Shown here one piece after another: positions 18,300 to 28,267 of a DNA stretch of 64,000 nt. Origin of the DNA: Aliarcobacter sp. (GTDB taxonomy: Bacteria > Campylobacterota > Campylobacteria > Campylobacterales > Arcobacteraceae); the NCBI GenBank assembly GCA_028688995.1, contig JAQTXB010000004.1, positions 35,636 to 99,635 of the forward strand, in the 5' to 3' direction. Position numbers and translations under genes: made by a program. Below the pieces are notes generated by a model. That model had not been told where the DNA came from, made no database searches, and saw nothing but the letters and a program-made list of their open reading frames with translations. Position 1 is the first letter of the stretch. Every line of letters begins with the position of its first letter.

Positions 18300-18500
18300 T
18301 TATATATTTGAATTTTTTACTATTTTTTCTCTCATTTTTGAAATATCAATAACTAATCTCTCTTTTACTTCAGGTGAAAATGGATTTTCTTTGAAAACTT
18401 GAATTAAAACTTTTTCAAATTCTACTTCACTTAGTTCTTTTGTCTCTTCAATAAGTTTTAGAAATAATAGTCTTATTTTTTCGTATTGGTTCTCTTGCAT
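18300..18500 (-). CDS. Small hypothetical protein
   Basis: 66-aa ORF in a co-oriented run; AAGG SD-like sequence upstream. Confidence 0.55.
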   Translation of the reverse strand: MQENQYEKIRLLFLKLIEETKELSEVEFEKVLIQVFKENPFSPEVKERLVIDISKMREKIVKNSNI

Positions 18501-18648
18501 AAATTAAGCCTTTGGTAAAAATGAGTGCGTATTATGTCTAAAAATATTATAGAGAAAAATAAAAAAGCCTAGATTTTAAGCAAAAACAAGGATAAAAGCA
18601 CTCTTATGTTATAATCGCGATTAATTAAACACACAAGGCTTTGCAATA

Positions 18649-20109
18649 ATGAATAACCACGAGATCAAAACTCAAAAATTTATAATTAAGTATTTCACTG
18701 AAATAATGATAAAAGGCTCAACAGCAAAAAGACAGATGATTTCTCAAGTGTATAATAACTTAGTAAATCTTTTATCAAAAATTTCAAGTGATATAACTAT
18801 AAAAAAGTTTTTTGATAAGATAGAAGTAGTATGTCCAGTTGAAGTAGTAGATGTTGTAAGAATGAAACTTCTTGATACACCAGGAATCCAACAAATATTA
18901 GAAGCTATGCAATTTGATAATATGAATACTTTAGATGACATCAAAGTAAAAGTAAATGAAATGATGGCACATGAAATACAAGGTAAATCTTTTGTAGTTA
19001 GATGTAAAAGAACAGGAACTCAAGAGTTTAAATCTACACAAGTTGAACAAACTGTTGGTGGATATATGTTAGCAATGAATGACACAAAAGGTGTAGATTT
19101 AAAAAATGCAGAAGTTACAATAAATATTGAACTTGTATTTGCTCAATTAAATATCATTACTTACAAACACATGGGAATGGGTGGATTTCCAATAGGAAGT
19201 CAAGGAAGTATCTTATCACTTATGTCAGGTGGATTTGACTCAACTGTAGCTTCATATTTAACTATGAAAAGGGGAATTAAAACTCATTTTATTTTCTTTA
19301 ATCTTGGTGGAATTGCACATGAAATTGGTGTAAAACAAGTAGCTTATTACTTATGGAATAAATTTGGATCTTCTCATAGAGTTCAGTTTATTTCTGTTCC
19401 TTTTGATGATGTTGTAACTGAAATATTCAAAAGTGTGAGTGAACCATATATGGGAGTTATGTTAAAAAGACTTATGTTAATAGCTTCTGAAAAAATAGCT
19501 GATACTATGAAAATTGATGCGCTTGTTACAGGAGAAAGTGTTGCACAAGTTTCAAGTCAAACTTTAAGAAACTTAGCTTTAATTGACCAAGCTACAAATA
19601 AACTTGTATTAAGACCACTTGCAATGATGAGTAAACCTGATATTATCGAAATTGCAAATAATATTGGAACAAGTAGATTTGCAGAATCAATGCCTGAGTA
19701 TTGTGGAGTTATTTCAAAAAATCCAGTAACTCATGGAAATTATGACAGAATTGCTAGTGAAGCTAGAAGATTTGATTATACGGTTTTAGATGAAGCTGTA
19801 AGAACATCTGTTTTTGTAAATGTAGATGAAATTGCTCAAGATGTTAGTGAAATTGGACAAATGGAAGTTGTAAGTGATTTAAGTAGTGGAGAATACACAG
19901 TTATTGATATTAGACAAAGTGCTGATTGTATTGAAACTTCAGTTGAAACACTAAAAATTCCATTTTATAAATTAAAAAGTGAATTTAAAAAACTTCCTCA
20001 AGATAAACAATATTTATTCTATTGTGATAAAGGAATTTTAAGTCAGCTTCATGCACAGTTTTTAAGAGATGCGGAAAACTATACAAATATAAAAGTTTAT
20101 AGACCATAA
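18649..20109 (+). CDS. thiI: tRNA 4-thiouridine sulfurtransferase ThiI with C-terminal rhodanese domain
   Basis: THUMP domain; PP-loop SGGFDS; TGESVAQVSSQT; PEYCG; rhodanese FYCDKG. Confidence 0.95.
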   Translation: MNNHEIKTQKFIIKYFTEIMIKGSTAKRQMISQVYNNLVNLLSKISSDITIKKFFDKIEVVCPVEVVDVVRMKLLDTPGIQQILEAMQFDNMNTLDDIKVKVNEMMAHEIQGKSFVVRCKRTGTQEFKSTQVEQTVGGYMLAMNDTKGVDLKNAEVTINIELVFAQLNIITYKHMGMGGFPIGSQGSILSLMSGGFDSTVASYLTMKRGIKTHFIFFNLGGIAHEIGVKQVAYYLWNKFGSSHRVQFISVPFDDVVTEIFKSVSEPYMGVMLKRLMLIASEKIADTMKIDALVTGESVAQVSSQTLRNLALIDQATNKLVLRPLAMMSKPDIIEIANNIGTSRFAESMPEYCGVISKNPVTHGNYDRIASEARRFDYTVLDEAVRTSVFVNVDEIAQDVSEIGQMEVVSDLSSGEYTVIDIRQSADCIETSVETLKIPFYKLKSEFKKLPQDKQYLFYCDKGILSQLHAQFLRDAENYTNIKVYRP

Positions 20110-20195
20110 TTAGATTTTAAATCAATAATGATAATAACTATTAATTTGTATTAAAGTTTAAAATACTTATAATGCTTCTTTTAAAAAGGAGCATT

Positions 20196-20609
20196 ATGAA
20201 TCAGACAATAAAACTTATTAGATTATCATTAGGAATTATTTTTCTATGGTATGGAATGTTAAAATTCTTTCCAACATTAAGTCCAGCAGAAGAGTTGGCA
20301 ACTAGAACTATTGATATTATGTTTTTTGGTTTAATAAATCCACTTTTATCAATAAAACTTTTAGCTATTTTAGAAGTTAGTATAGGAATTGGATTCCTTT
20401 TTGGTTTTTATACAAGAATTGTTACAATAGTATTTATTGGACATATGATTTGTACTTTTGCACCACTATTTTTATTACCTGAGTTATCATTTACTCATGC
20501 TCCTTTTGCTTTTACTCTTGTGGGACAATATATAGTTAAAAATATTGTTTTTATATTAGCTGGAATATTGATTTATCAAAATGAAATAGTCGCTAAAATC
20601 ACAAAATAA
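20196..20609 (+). CDS. DoxX-like membrane protein
   Basis: LIRLSLGIIFLWYGMLKFF; GQYIVKN; SD AAGGAG before ATG 20196. Confidence 0.8.
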   Translation: MNQTIKLIRLSLGIIFLWYGMLKFFPTLSPAEELATRTIDIMFFGLINPLLSIKLLAILEVSIGIGFLFGFYTRIVTIVFIGHMICTFAPLFLLPELSFTHAPFAFTLVGQYIVKNIVFILAGILIYQNEIVAKITK

Positions 20610-20755
20610 AAGAGATTTAATTCCTGATTTCTTATATAATTGGGAATTAATTTTATTTATAGCTAATATACTTCTATAAAACTCCTATAATTAAGTTATT
20701 TTAATCTTCAAATTATATAATTAGAACCAAAATATAACTGGAATTAAGGAAGCAG

Positions 20756-21148
20756 ATGAAAAAAATTCTTTTTGCAATATTTACTTCACTTTGTCTTATT
20801 TCGACTTTTGCATATGCAAATCCACAAATAGATAATGCCTATCAAAATAAACAGAGTAATGTTCAAGTTCAAGGTTCGGGAAAAGTCCTAAAAGTTTTAA
20901 GTGATGACAATAATGGAAGTCGTCATCAAAGATTTATTTTGAAATTACCTTCAAATTTAACAGTGTTAGTTGCTCATAATATTGATTTATCAAATAAGAT
21001 AAAAGATTTAAAAGCTGGTGACAATGTGGAATTTTATGGTGAGTATGAATGGAACAATAAAGGTGGAGTTCTTCATTGGACACATAAAGATCCAAGAGGA
21101 AAACATAAAGATGGTTGGTTAAAACATAACGGGATAGTTTATAAATAA
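20756..21148 (+). CDS. DUF3465 family exported protein
   Basis: Signal peptide; GSRHQRFIL, VAHNIDL, GEYEWN, GGVLHWTH. Confidence 0.8.
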   Translation: MKKILFAIFTSLCLISTFAYANPQIDNAYQNKQSNVQVQGSGKVLKVLSDDNNGSRHQRFILKLPSNLTVLVAHNIDLSNKIKDLKAGDNVEFYGEYEWNNKGGVLHWTHKDPRGKHKDGWLKHNGIVYK

Positions 21149-21170
21149 CATTAGTAGGGGAAGGAAGGAT

Positions 21171-23027
21171 ATGAAAAAAATTGTTGGGTTAATTGCTGTA
21201 TTTTTAGTAGTTATTGTGGCTGTTATACTTTTTTGGTTTCAAAGTAAAATAAATGAGGAAATTTCAAATAAAATTGCTGAGTTAAATAATAATGGGTTTA
21301 TTGTTAAACATGAACAATCAACAAATTATATGAAAACTACAGGAAAAGGTGATATTGAAGTAATTGATACTGATAAAGTAGCTTCATATATTTTTGCTAA
21401 TATAAAAAATGAAGAAGTAAAAAAAGCTTTTGAAACTCAATACAATACCTTAGATTCAAATGAAAAAGGGATGTTTTTTGAAGGAATAAAATTTGATTAT
21501 GATTTTATTTTAGAAAATTTCAATGGAAAAGTTAATTCAAATATATATCTAACACAATTATCTAAAAAAACAATGTATGATTTATCTTTAGATGTGGATA
21601 ATGCAGCAAGTAAATGGCTTTTAGATTTCTTAAAAGATAGAAAATTACAAGTAAGTATTAATGAGAAAAAAGAGTATAAGATTGCTGATATTGACACAGT
21701 TATTCCAAATGAATTTTTCATGACTATTAGAGGTATAACTGGAAATGCAAATAATTTAGCTATCTCAACTTTTAAACTATCAGATGCAGATGTTTCTAAA
21801 AAAGGATTTTTGTTACTTGATAATTTAAATGTAGATTATGAAATTAATACAAATAAAGAGAGCTCAAAAACAATAATTAAAGGTATTGAATTTCAAAATG
21901 ATCAAACAACTTTTAATATAAGAAATCTAATGATTAATTCAAATTATGAAGAAGTTATGGGAAATATTAATACTCAAAGTGAGTTTAGTTTTGATGAGGT
22001 TTTATCAAAAACAGCTGGTGTTGAGACATTAAACTTAAAGAATTCATATTTAAAAGTAAATTTAAATAATTTCCCAATCAAAAAACTTGATGAAATTACT
22101 CAAAACTTAACAGACCAAAACTATGAAGAGTATTTTAAATCTTTTGCTCAAAGTGGAATAACTCTACAATCAACTGGTAGTGCTTCAAATTATACAATTG
22201 GAAGTCAAAAGATTTTTGAAACTTTAAAATTTGATTTAGCACTTGCTTTAAATAAAAATGTTTCAGTAGACAACATGAAAAAAGTAAATGATGTTTTAGA
22301 GAGTGAAAAATTAACAATTGACTTAGATAAACAAACAGCTGAGAATGTAAAAAATATGTTAAATCTTCAACAAAATTTAGATATTAATTTTATCGATTTA
22401 AGTGATAATCTAAAAAGATTTGAAACAGTTCTTAAAAATGATGGTTTATACATAAATGACAAAAAAGTATTAGATGAAAGTCAACTTCTGTTTCCAAATG
22501 AAGAGCAATTAAATGAGCAAGTAATTGAAGATAACACTCCAATTCAAAAAGTTGAGCAAAAAAATCTAAAATACACTTACAAAATGATAGATGAAAATCT
22601 TTTAAGACTTGATATTAAGTATAAAAGTAATTTAAATGTTGTTACAAGTGGTGGAATTTCTGTATCTTTTCCTCAATTAGCAGATAAAACAAGAATTATT
22701 AAAAATTCATCAAATAGTTTTAAAGAGATTAACTTATATGATGCCGGAACAGAAATTTGGAATGGTGGTTCTCAACAAAATATTGCTTCAACATATCTAT
22801 TAGTTGAGGGTTGGGATGATAATTGGGATAATTCAGTTGAAAAAGATATGAGTTTAGTAATTGATACTAATGGTTTACAAACACTTGAAGTATATATTAG
22901 AGCTGGTGCTTTAAATGAAAAAGATGCAAATCAAGAAGCATCAGAAATTGTTCCACAAGCAGGTGAGTTAGACCAACAAAGTTATCCTGTTGAGTTTTTA
23001 GAAATTCCATTATCAAGAGTGAGATAA
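21171..23027 (+). CDS. YdgA/DUF945-like membrane-anchored protein with extra C-terminal domain
   Basis: Single N-terminal TM anchor followed by a long beta-rich region; family call tentative. Confidence 0.55.
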   Translation: MKKIVGLIAVFLVVIVAVILFWFQSKINEEISNKIAELNNNGFIVKHEQSTNYMKTTGKGDIEVIDTDKVASYIFANIKNEEVKKAFETQYNTLDSNEKGMFFEGIKFDYDFILENFNGKVNSNIYLTQLSKKTMYDLSLDVDNAASKWLLDFLKDRKLQVSINEKKEYKIADIDTVIPNEFFMTIRGITGNANNLAISTFKLSDADVSKKGFLLLDNLNVDYEINTNKESSKTIIKGIEFQNDQTTFNIRNLMINSNYEEVMGNINTQSEFSFDEVLSKTAGVETLNLKNSYLKVNLNNFPIKKLDEITQNLTDQNYEEYFKSFAQSGITLQSTGSASNYTIGSQKIFETLKFDLALALNKNVSVDNMKKVNDVLESEKLTIDLDKQTAENVKNMLNLQQNLDINFIDLSDNLKRFETVLKNDGLYINDKKVLDESQLLFPNEEQLNEQVIEDNTPIQKVEQKNLKYTYKMIDENLLRLDIKYKSNLNVVTSGGISVSFPQLADKTRIIKNSSNSFKEINLYDAGTEIWNGGSQQNIASTYLLVEGWDDNWDNSVEKDMSLVIDTNGLQTLEVYIRAGALNEKDANQEASEIVPQAGELDQQSYPVEFLEIPLSRVR

Positions 23028-23725
23028 TGAAAGAAAAAATTTATCTAATTCCAGGTCTTATGACAGATGAAAGACTTTGGAGTAGATTGATTCCTTTTTT
23101 AGAAAATGATTATGAACTTATAAATGTTCCTATTCCCCATAGTGAAGATTTTGATGAGATAATTGATATTTTATTTAACTCTTTTGAAGAGGAAAAAATA
23201 AACCTTCTAGGATTTTCCCTAGGAGGTTATATAGCTTCATATTTTGCAATAACTTATTCAAATAGAGTTAATAGACTTTTTACAGTTGCAGCAACTCCTG
23301 GAAATACAACAGAAGCAGAAATACAAAGAAGAAAACAAAAGTTTGTAACTATTGAAAAAGAGGGTTTTGTTGGATTAACTTATGAAAAAGCAAAATCACT
23401 ACTAGAAGAAAAAAATCAAAATGATGTTGAGTTAATCGAATTAATTCAAAACATGTTTTTAGATTTAGGAAAAGAGAGTTTTATTTCCCAACTTACTAGC
23501 ACTTTTTATAGAAAAGATTTATTTGAAGATTTAACTAATCTAGATATTCCAATTTGGTTTTTTTATAGTAAGAATGACAGACTTTTAAACAAAGAAGCAA
23601 TCAAAAATTTGCTTTTAGATACTCATAATATGAATGTAATTTCAAGGGAAGGAACAAGTCATAATATTCCCCTAGAAGAACCTGAACTTTTAAGTATAAA
23701 TATTAGAGCTTGGATGAAAGCTTAA
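23027..23725 (+). CDS. Alpha/beta hydrolase
   Basis: IPGLMTD oxyanion segment; GFSLGG nucleophile elbow; SHNIPLEEP. Confidence 0.88.
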   Translation: MKEKIYLIPGLMTDERLWSRLIPFLENDYELINVPIPHSEDFDEIIDILFNSFEEEKINLLGFSLGGYIASYFAITYSNRVNRLFTVAATPGNTTEAEIQRRKQKFVTIEKEGFVGLTYEKAKSLLEEKNQNDVELIELIQNMFLDLGKESFISQLTSTFYRKDLFEDLTNLDIPIWFFYSKNDRLLNKEAIKNLLLDTHNMNVISREGTSHNIPLEEPELLSINIRAWMKA

Positions 23726-23739
23726 AACAAAGAGTTAAA

Positions 23740-24333
23740 ATGCAAACAAAAGAAGATATAGAAATACAAAACAGTTTAGGAAAAGCGGGACATGGTTTAC
23801 CAAAAATTGATGCAATATTTTTAAAACATATTGGATTTCCTATTTTAAAGACTTTTATTTCATGGGATAATGCTATGAAGTTTTTTGAATACGAAGGTAA
23901 AGAGGTTTTAAATTTAGTAAAAGATTTACCAAAAGATAAATTGTTTAAAAAAGTGTTAATTCCTAAAATATTTGGTATTGAGGATAATTCAAGATATTAC
24001 TCACCTGCAATGGTTCTTTGGCATTTACTTTATGTGGGAGTTACTTTGCAAGAGGGAATTGTAAGTTTAAGTAAAAATGAGAAAATAGACTTTACAGTAA
24101 AAATAGAAAACTTTAAACCATTTGTACAAATTGATGAAGACATTGTAGAAAAATATGAGAATTTTTTAAATAATTATAGAAAATTTATAGAAACAAATAT
24201 AGAGAATAAATATATAAATAATTGCCTTTCTCATCCTTGGTTTGGTTGTTTAAATCCACATCAATGGTTAGTTATGTCAGCAATTCATCAAATGGTTCAT
24301 AAAAGACAAATAAAAAAGATTTTAGAAGAGTAA
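23740..24333 (+). CDS. DinB-like/hypothetical protein (alternative start 23710)
   Basis: YSPAMVLWHL, HPWFG and HQMVHKRQI resemble DinB-superfamily His motifs. Confidence 0.55.
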   Translation: MQTKEDIEIQNSLGKAGHGLPKIDAIFLKHIGFPILKTFISWDNAMKFFEYEGKEVLNLVKDLPKDKLFKKVLIPKIFGIEDNSRYYSPAMVLWHLLYVGVTLQEGIVSLSKNEKIDFTVKIENFKPFVQIDEDIVEKYENFLNNYRKFIETNIENKYINNCLSHPWFGCLNPHQWLVMSAIHQMVHKRQIKKILEE

Positions 24334-25125
24334 ATGAAATTAAAAATATATCAAATAGATGCTTTTACAAATAGTGTATTTAAAGGAAATTATGCAGCTG
24401 TTATAATTCTTGAAGAGTGGTTATCAACAGAGTTAATGCAACAAATAGCAACAGAAAATAATCTATCCGAAACAGCTTTTGCTTTTAAAAATGCCCAAAA
24501 TATTTATGAAATAAGATGGTTTTCTCCAATAACCGAAATAGACTTTTGTGGACATGCAACACTAGCTGCTGCTTTTGTAATATTTAAAGAAAATGCCTCT
24601 TTAGAAAAAGTAACTTTTACAGCAAAAGCTGTTGGGAATTTGGATATTGAGAGATTAGATTCTGGTTTTATTCAAATGAGTTTTCCAAATAGAAAACCAA
24701 AAGTTGTAGATTCTATTCCAAAAGAGTTATTATCTGGTTTATCGATAATTCCACAAGAAGTTTTACTTAATCAACAAGCATATTTCGCTATTTTTTCTAA
24801 AGAAGAAGATGTTTATTCTGTAAAAACAAATTTAGATGAGTTGAAAAAACTAGCACCCTATGATGTTGTTGTTACTTCAAAATCAAAAGAGTATGATTTT
24901 ATTTCACGATATTTTTGGCCAGCAAATGGAGGAGATGAAGATCCAGTAACTGGTTCTATTCATGCGGGACTTGCACCATATTGGGCAGATAAATCAAATA
25001 AAAATGAATTAATTGCTTACCAAGCCTCAAAAAGAGGTGGTTTGTTGAAATGTAAAGTTTTAGAGGATAAAGTAATTATTTCAGGTCAAGCAGTTTTATA
25101 TCTAGAAGGTTATATCACTATTTAA
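24334..25125 (+). CDS. PhzF family isomerase
   Basis: IDAFT, GNYAAV, NLSETAF, FCGHATLA, EDPVTGS. Confidence 0.92.
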   Translation: MKLKIYQIDAFTNSVFKGNYAAVIILEEWLSTELMQQIATENNLSETAFAFKNAQNIYEIRWFSPITEIDFCGHATLAAAFVIFKENASLEKVTFTAKAVGNLDIERLDSGFIQMSFPNRKPKVVDSIPKELLSGLSIIPQEVLLNQQAYFAIFSKEEDVYSVKTNLDELKKLAPYDVVVTSKSKEYDFISRYFWPANGGDEDPVTGSIHAGLAPYWADKSNKNELIAYQASKRGGLLKCKVLEDKVIISGQAVLYLEGYITI

Positions 25126-25586
25126 AAAACAAACAAAAATAAGTAGATAAAAACTCCCATAATAGAGCTAATAGTTAAAGCTAGAAATATTGCTTTTCCT
25201 ATTTTTTTATGTTTTTTCCCATCAAATGAGTTGTTTTTATAATCTTTATAAGATGAGATAAATAAAAACAACCAACCTCCAACTGCTGCAATTGCTATTA
25301 AAATATGAATAGTTAAAAATACAAGCATAAAATCAAAAGAGATATTGCTATATTTTGAATACTCCAAGAAACCACCTGAAACTCTAATACATATTTCAAA
25401 AATCACTACTATAATAAGTGTTATTCCTAAAATAATAGCTTGAGAAAAGAAGTGTTTTTCAAACTCTTTTTTAATGGCAAAGTAGATACTAAAAGCTAAT
25501 AAAAAAGGTAGAAGTGCAAAATAAACAGTTGTAATATCCAAATATAAAGGTGCAGTTGTTCCTAAAAAACCTTTCTCAAAAACCAT
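25122..25586 (-). CDS. DUF420 family membrane protein
   Basis: Four TM helices; IHILIA and HKKIGK. Confidence 0.75.
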   Translation of the reverse strand: MVFEKGFLGTTAPLYLDITTVYFALLPFLLAFSIYFAIKKEFEKHFFSQAIILGITLIIVVIFEICIRVSGGFLEYSKYSNISFDFMLVFLTIHILIAIAAVGGWLFLFISSYKDYKNNSFDGKKHKKIGKAIFLALTISSIMGVFIYLFLFVF

Positions 25587-25889
25587 TTAATCTAACTTCT
25601 TTGGTGGAGCTTTCATAATTGCTTTTTCGATTAAAATAAAACCAAAAGGAATTAATGAGTAAACAAAAAGCTGAAAAGTCAGAACTTTCCATTTATATCT
25701 TTTTGCTGCCATAAACAAAGCTATAATAAAAAGTATAAATAAAATCCCATGAGCCATTCCTACTATTTTAACAGCAAGTGGAATTCCAGCCATATATTTA
25801 AGAGGCATTGCAATAAATATCAAAATTAAAAAAGATATACCTTCAATAAATGAGATAAGTCTAAATCTTGAAAAAGTGTCTTTTAACAT
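25587..25889 (-). CDS. DUF3817 family membrane protein
   Basis: FRLISFIEGISFLIL...MPLKY...GMAHG...IPFG. Confidence 0.85.
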   Translation of the reverse strand: MLKDTFSRFRLISFIEGISFLILIFIAMPLKYMAGIPLAVKIVGMAHGILFILFIIALFMAAKRYKWKVLTFQLFVYSLIPFGFILIEKAIMKAPPKKLD

Positions 25890-25976
25890 AAATCTTCCTT
25901 GGTAAATAAAGGTTCTAGTATATAAAAGATTGGTTTATGAAAAGTTAATATCAATATTTTTGTGTTACAATCCGCA

Positions 25977-27485
25977 ATGAAAAACATTATACTTACTACA
26001 CTAAACGCTAGATATTCTCATACTTCATTAGGTTTGAGATATTTAATAGCAAATTTAAAAGAACTAAAAGAAGAAGCTTCTATTTTAGAGTTTGTAATAA
26101 ACTCTTCAATTCAAACAATAGCAGAACAGATACTTGAACATAAACCAAAAATTATAGGAATCGCTACGTATATTTGGAATGCTTTTGATGTTGGGGAGCT
26201 TGTAAAAACAATAAAAAAAGTATCACCTGAAACTATCGTAGTTTTAGGAGGACCAGAGGTTAGTTATACTCCACTTAGAGTAAATTTTGATATGGCTGAT
26301 TATATAATCACAGGTGAGGGTGAAGTTAGTTTTTACAATCTTTGTAGAGAACTTCTTGATGGAACTTGTAATCAACCAAGAACAATATATTCAGAAAAAG
26401 TTGATTTAGAATCAATTGTTTTACCTTACGATGATTATTCTGATTTTGATATAAAAAACAGACATATTTATGTGGAAAATGCACGTGGTTGTCCCTTTGA
26501 GTGTGAGTTTTGTCTCTCTTCAATAGAGACAAAAATGAGATATTTAGATATTAATATTTTTTTAGATGAAATAGAAAAACTGTGGATTCGAGGTGCTAGA
26601 AATTTCAAATTTATAGATAGAACTTTTAATATTAAAATCTCTTATGCAAAAGCAATTTTAAACTATTTTCTAGCAAAAGAAGAGGACTACTTCTTACACT
26701 TTGAGGTAATTCCTGATAATTTCCCAGAAGAGTTAAGGGATTTAATAAAACAGTTTAAAAAAGGGTGTTTACAACTAGAAGTTGGTATTCAAACTCTAAA
26801 TCTTGATGTTGCAAAAGAGATTCATAGAAATCTAAAAATAGATAAAATCAAAGATAATCTAAAATTCTTATCACAAGAGACACATGCTCACATGCATATA
26901 GATTTAATTATTGGACTACCAAGTGAAACAATAGAGAGTTTTGGAAAAAATCTAAACCAACTTTATACCCTTTCAACTGGTGAAATTCAAGTTGGAATTT
27001 TGAAAAAACTCTCAGGAACAACCCTTTCTAGACATGACAAAGTTTATGGAATGGTTTACAACGATTCACCTCCTTATGATATTTTGAAAAATGATTTAAT
27101 TGATTTTTCTTTGATGCAAGAGATGAAAAGGTTTGCTAGATTTTGGGATATTGTTTACAATAGTGGGAATTTCCAAAAAACTACAGCTCTACTTTTTGAA
27201 GATGGAAAAGTATTTGAAAACTTCTTTGATTTAAGTAAATGGTTATACAAAAGAAGTGAATCGACTTATAAGATTTCACTTGATAGAATGGCGGAATTTT
27301 TGTTTGAATATATGAGCGCAAAACATGATAAAGAGTTAATTGCAAATACGATTTTACAAGATGTAATGGGGGTTGGAGGAAGAAAAATTCCACCATTTTT
27401 GAAAAAAATTATTCCTTTAAACTATGATTTTGCTCAAAAAGATGTATCAAAAGCAAATAAAAGACAACAATTAAGGAATGAATAG
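25977..27485 (+). CDS. B12-binding radical SAM protein (DUF4080-like C-terminus)
   Basis: GGPEVSY, GEGE B12 domain; RGCPFECEFC; extended -10 TGTTACAAT 5 nt before ATG. Confidence 0.88.
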   Translation: MKNIILTTLNARYSHTSLGLRYLIANLKELKEEASILEFVINSSIQTIAEQILEHKPKIIGIATYIWNAFDVGELVKTIKKVSPETIVVLGGPEVSYTPLRVNFDMADYIITGEGEVSFYNLCRELLDGTCNQPRTIYSEKVDLESIVLPYDDYSDFDIKNRHIYVENARGCPFECEFCLSSIETKMRYLDINIFLDEIEKLWIRGARNFKFIDRTFNIKISYAKAILNYFLAKEEDYFLHFEVIPDNFPEELRDLIKQFKKGCLQLEVGIQTLNLDVAKEIHRNLKIDKIKDNLKFLSQETHAHMHIDLIIGLPSETIESFGKNLNQLYTLSTGEIQVGILKKLSGTTLSRHDKVYGMVYNDSPPYDILKNDLIDFSLMQEMKRFARFWDIVYNSGNFQKTTALLFEDGKVFENFFDLSKWLYKRSESTYKISLDRMAEFLFEYMSAKHDKELIANTILQDVMGVGGRKIPPFLKKIIPLNYDFAQKDVSKANKRQQLRNE

Positions 27486-28187
27486 GTGAATTTTTTTAAT
27501 AAATTTTCTATTATAGTTTTATTATCTACATCAGGTTATTCAATAGATGTGGATAAGCATTTAGAGTTATCATATGTGCAAACAAGTGGAAATACAAACA
27601 CAACTACCTTTTCTTCAAAACTTCAAGGCACAGCAGCTCTTAGTGATACTGAAAGCATAAAAGCAAAGGGAAGTATGTTATATAGTGAAAATGATGATAA
27701 GACATCAGCTAATAAATATAATATTGAATTAGATTATAATCACATGATAAATGAAAAGCTATACTCTTATATGGGAATTAGTTATATAAAAGATGAATCT
27801 TCTGATTATGATTATAGGTTAAATATTGGACCAGGACTAGGGATTAAACTACTTGAAGATGATATTCAAACAATTGATATTCAAGGTGGTTTAGATTATG
27901 CAAATGATAAATATAAAAATGGTTCAAAAGATAACTATTTAGCTGGAAAAACTGAGTTAAATTATAAATATAGCTTTTCAGAAAACTTACAATTCAAACA
28001 GATGATTAGTTATTTAGGTTCTTTTGAAGATAATGAGAAATACTTTATAGTAAGTGATTCAGCTTTAGAAGTTAATATGACAAAAAATCTATCTTTGGGA
28101 GTTAGTTACGGTCTTGATTATACAAACAAAACCGAAAAAGAGAGTCTTGATAAAAAGTTTTTAACTTCTTTGATTGTTGATTTTTAG
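27486..28187 (+). CDS. DUF481/YdiY-like outer-membrane beta-barrel
   Basis: Signal peptide; TSGNTNT; GPGLG; C-terminal Phe. Confidence 0.8.
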   Translation: MNFFNKFSIIVLLSTSGYSIDVDKHLELSYVQTSGNTNTTTFSSKLQGTAALSDTESIKAKGSMLYSENDDKTSANKYNIELDYNHMINEKLYSYMGISYIKDESSDYDYRLNIGPGLGIKLLEDDIQTIDIQGGLDYANDKYKNGSKDNYLAGKTELNYKYSFSENLQFKQMISYLGSFEDNEKYFIVSDSALEVNMTKNLSLGVSYGLDYTNKTEKESLDKKFLTSLIVDF

Positions 28188-28267
28188 GAAAGTTAGTAAA
28201 GATAATCCCATGAATTACAACAAAATTATCTTTACTTTACTAATGCTTTATATCTTAGCAGATATTA

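Noticed and set aside
28195-28236. Inverted repeat AGTAAAGATAAT-N18-ATTATCTTTACT
   Set aside because: It lies between convergent genes and is adequately explained as a weak terminator
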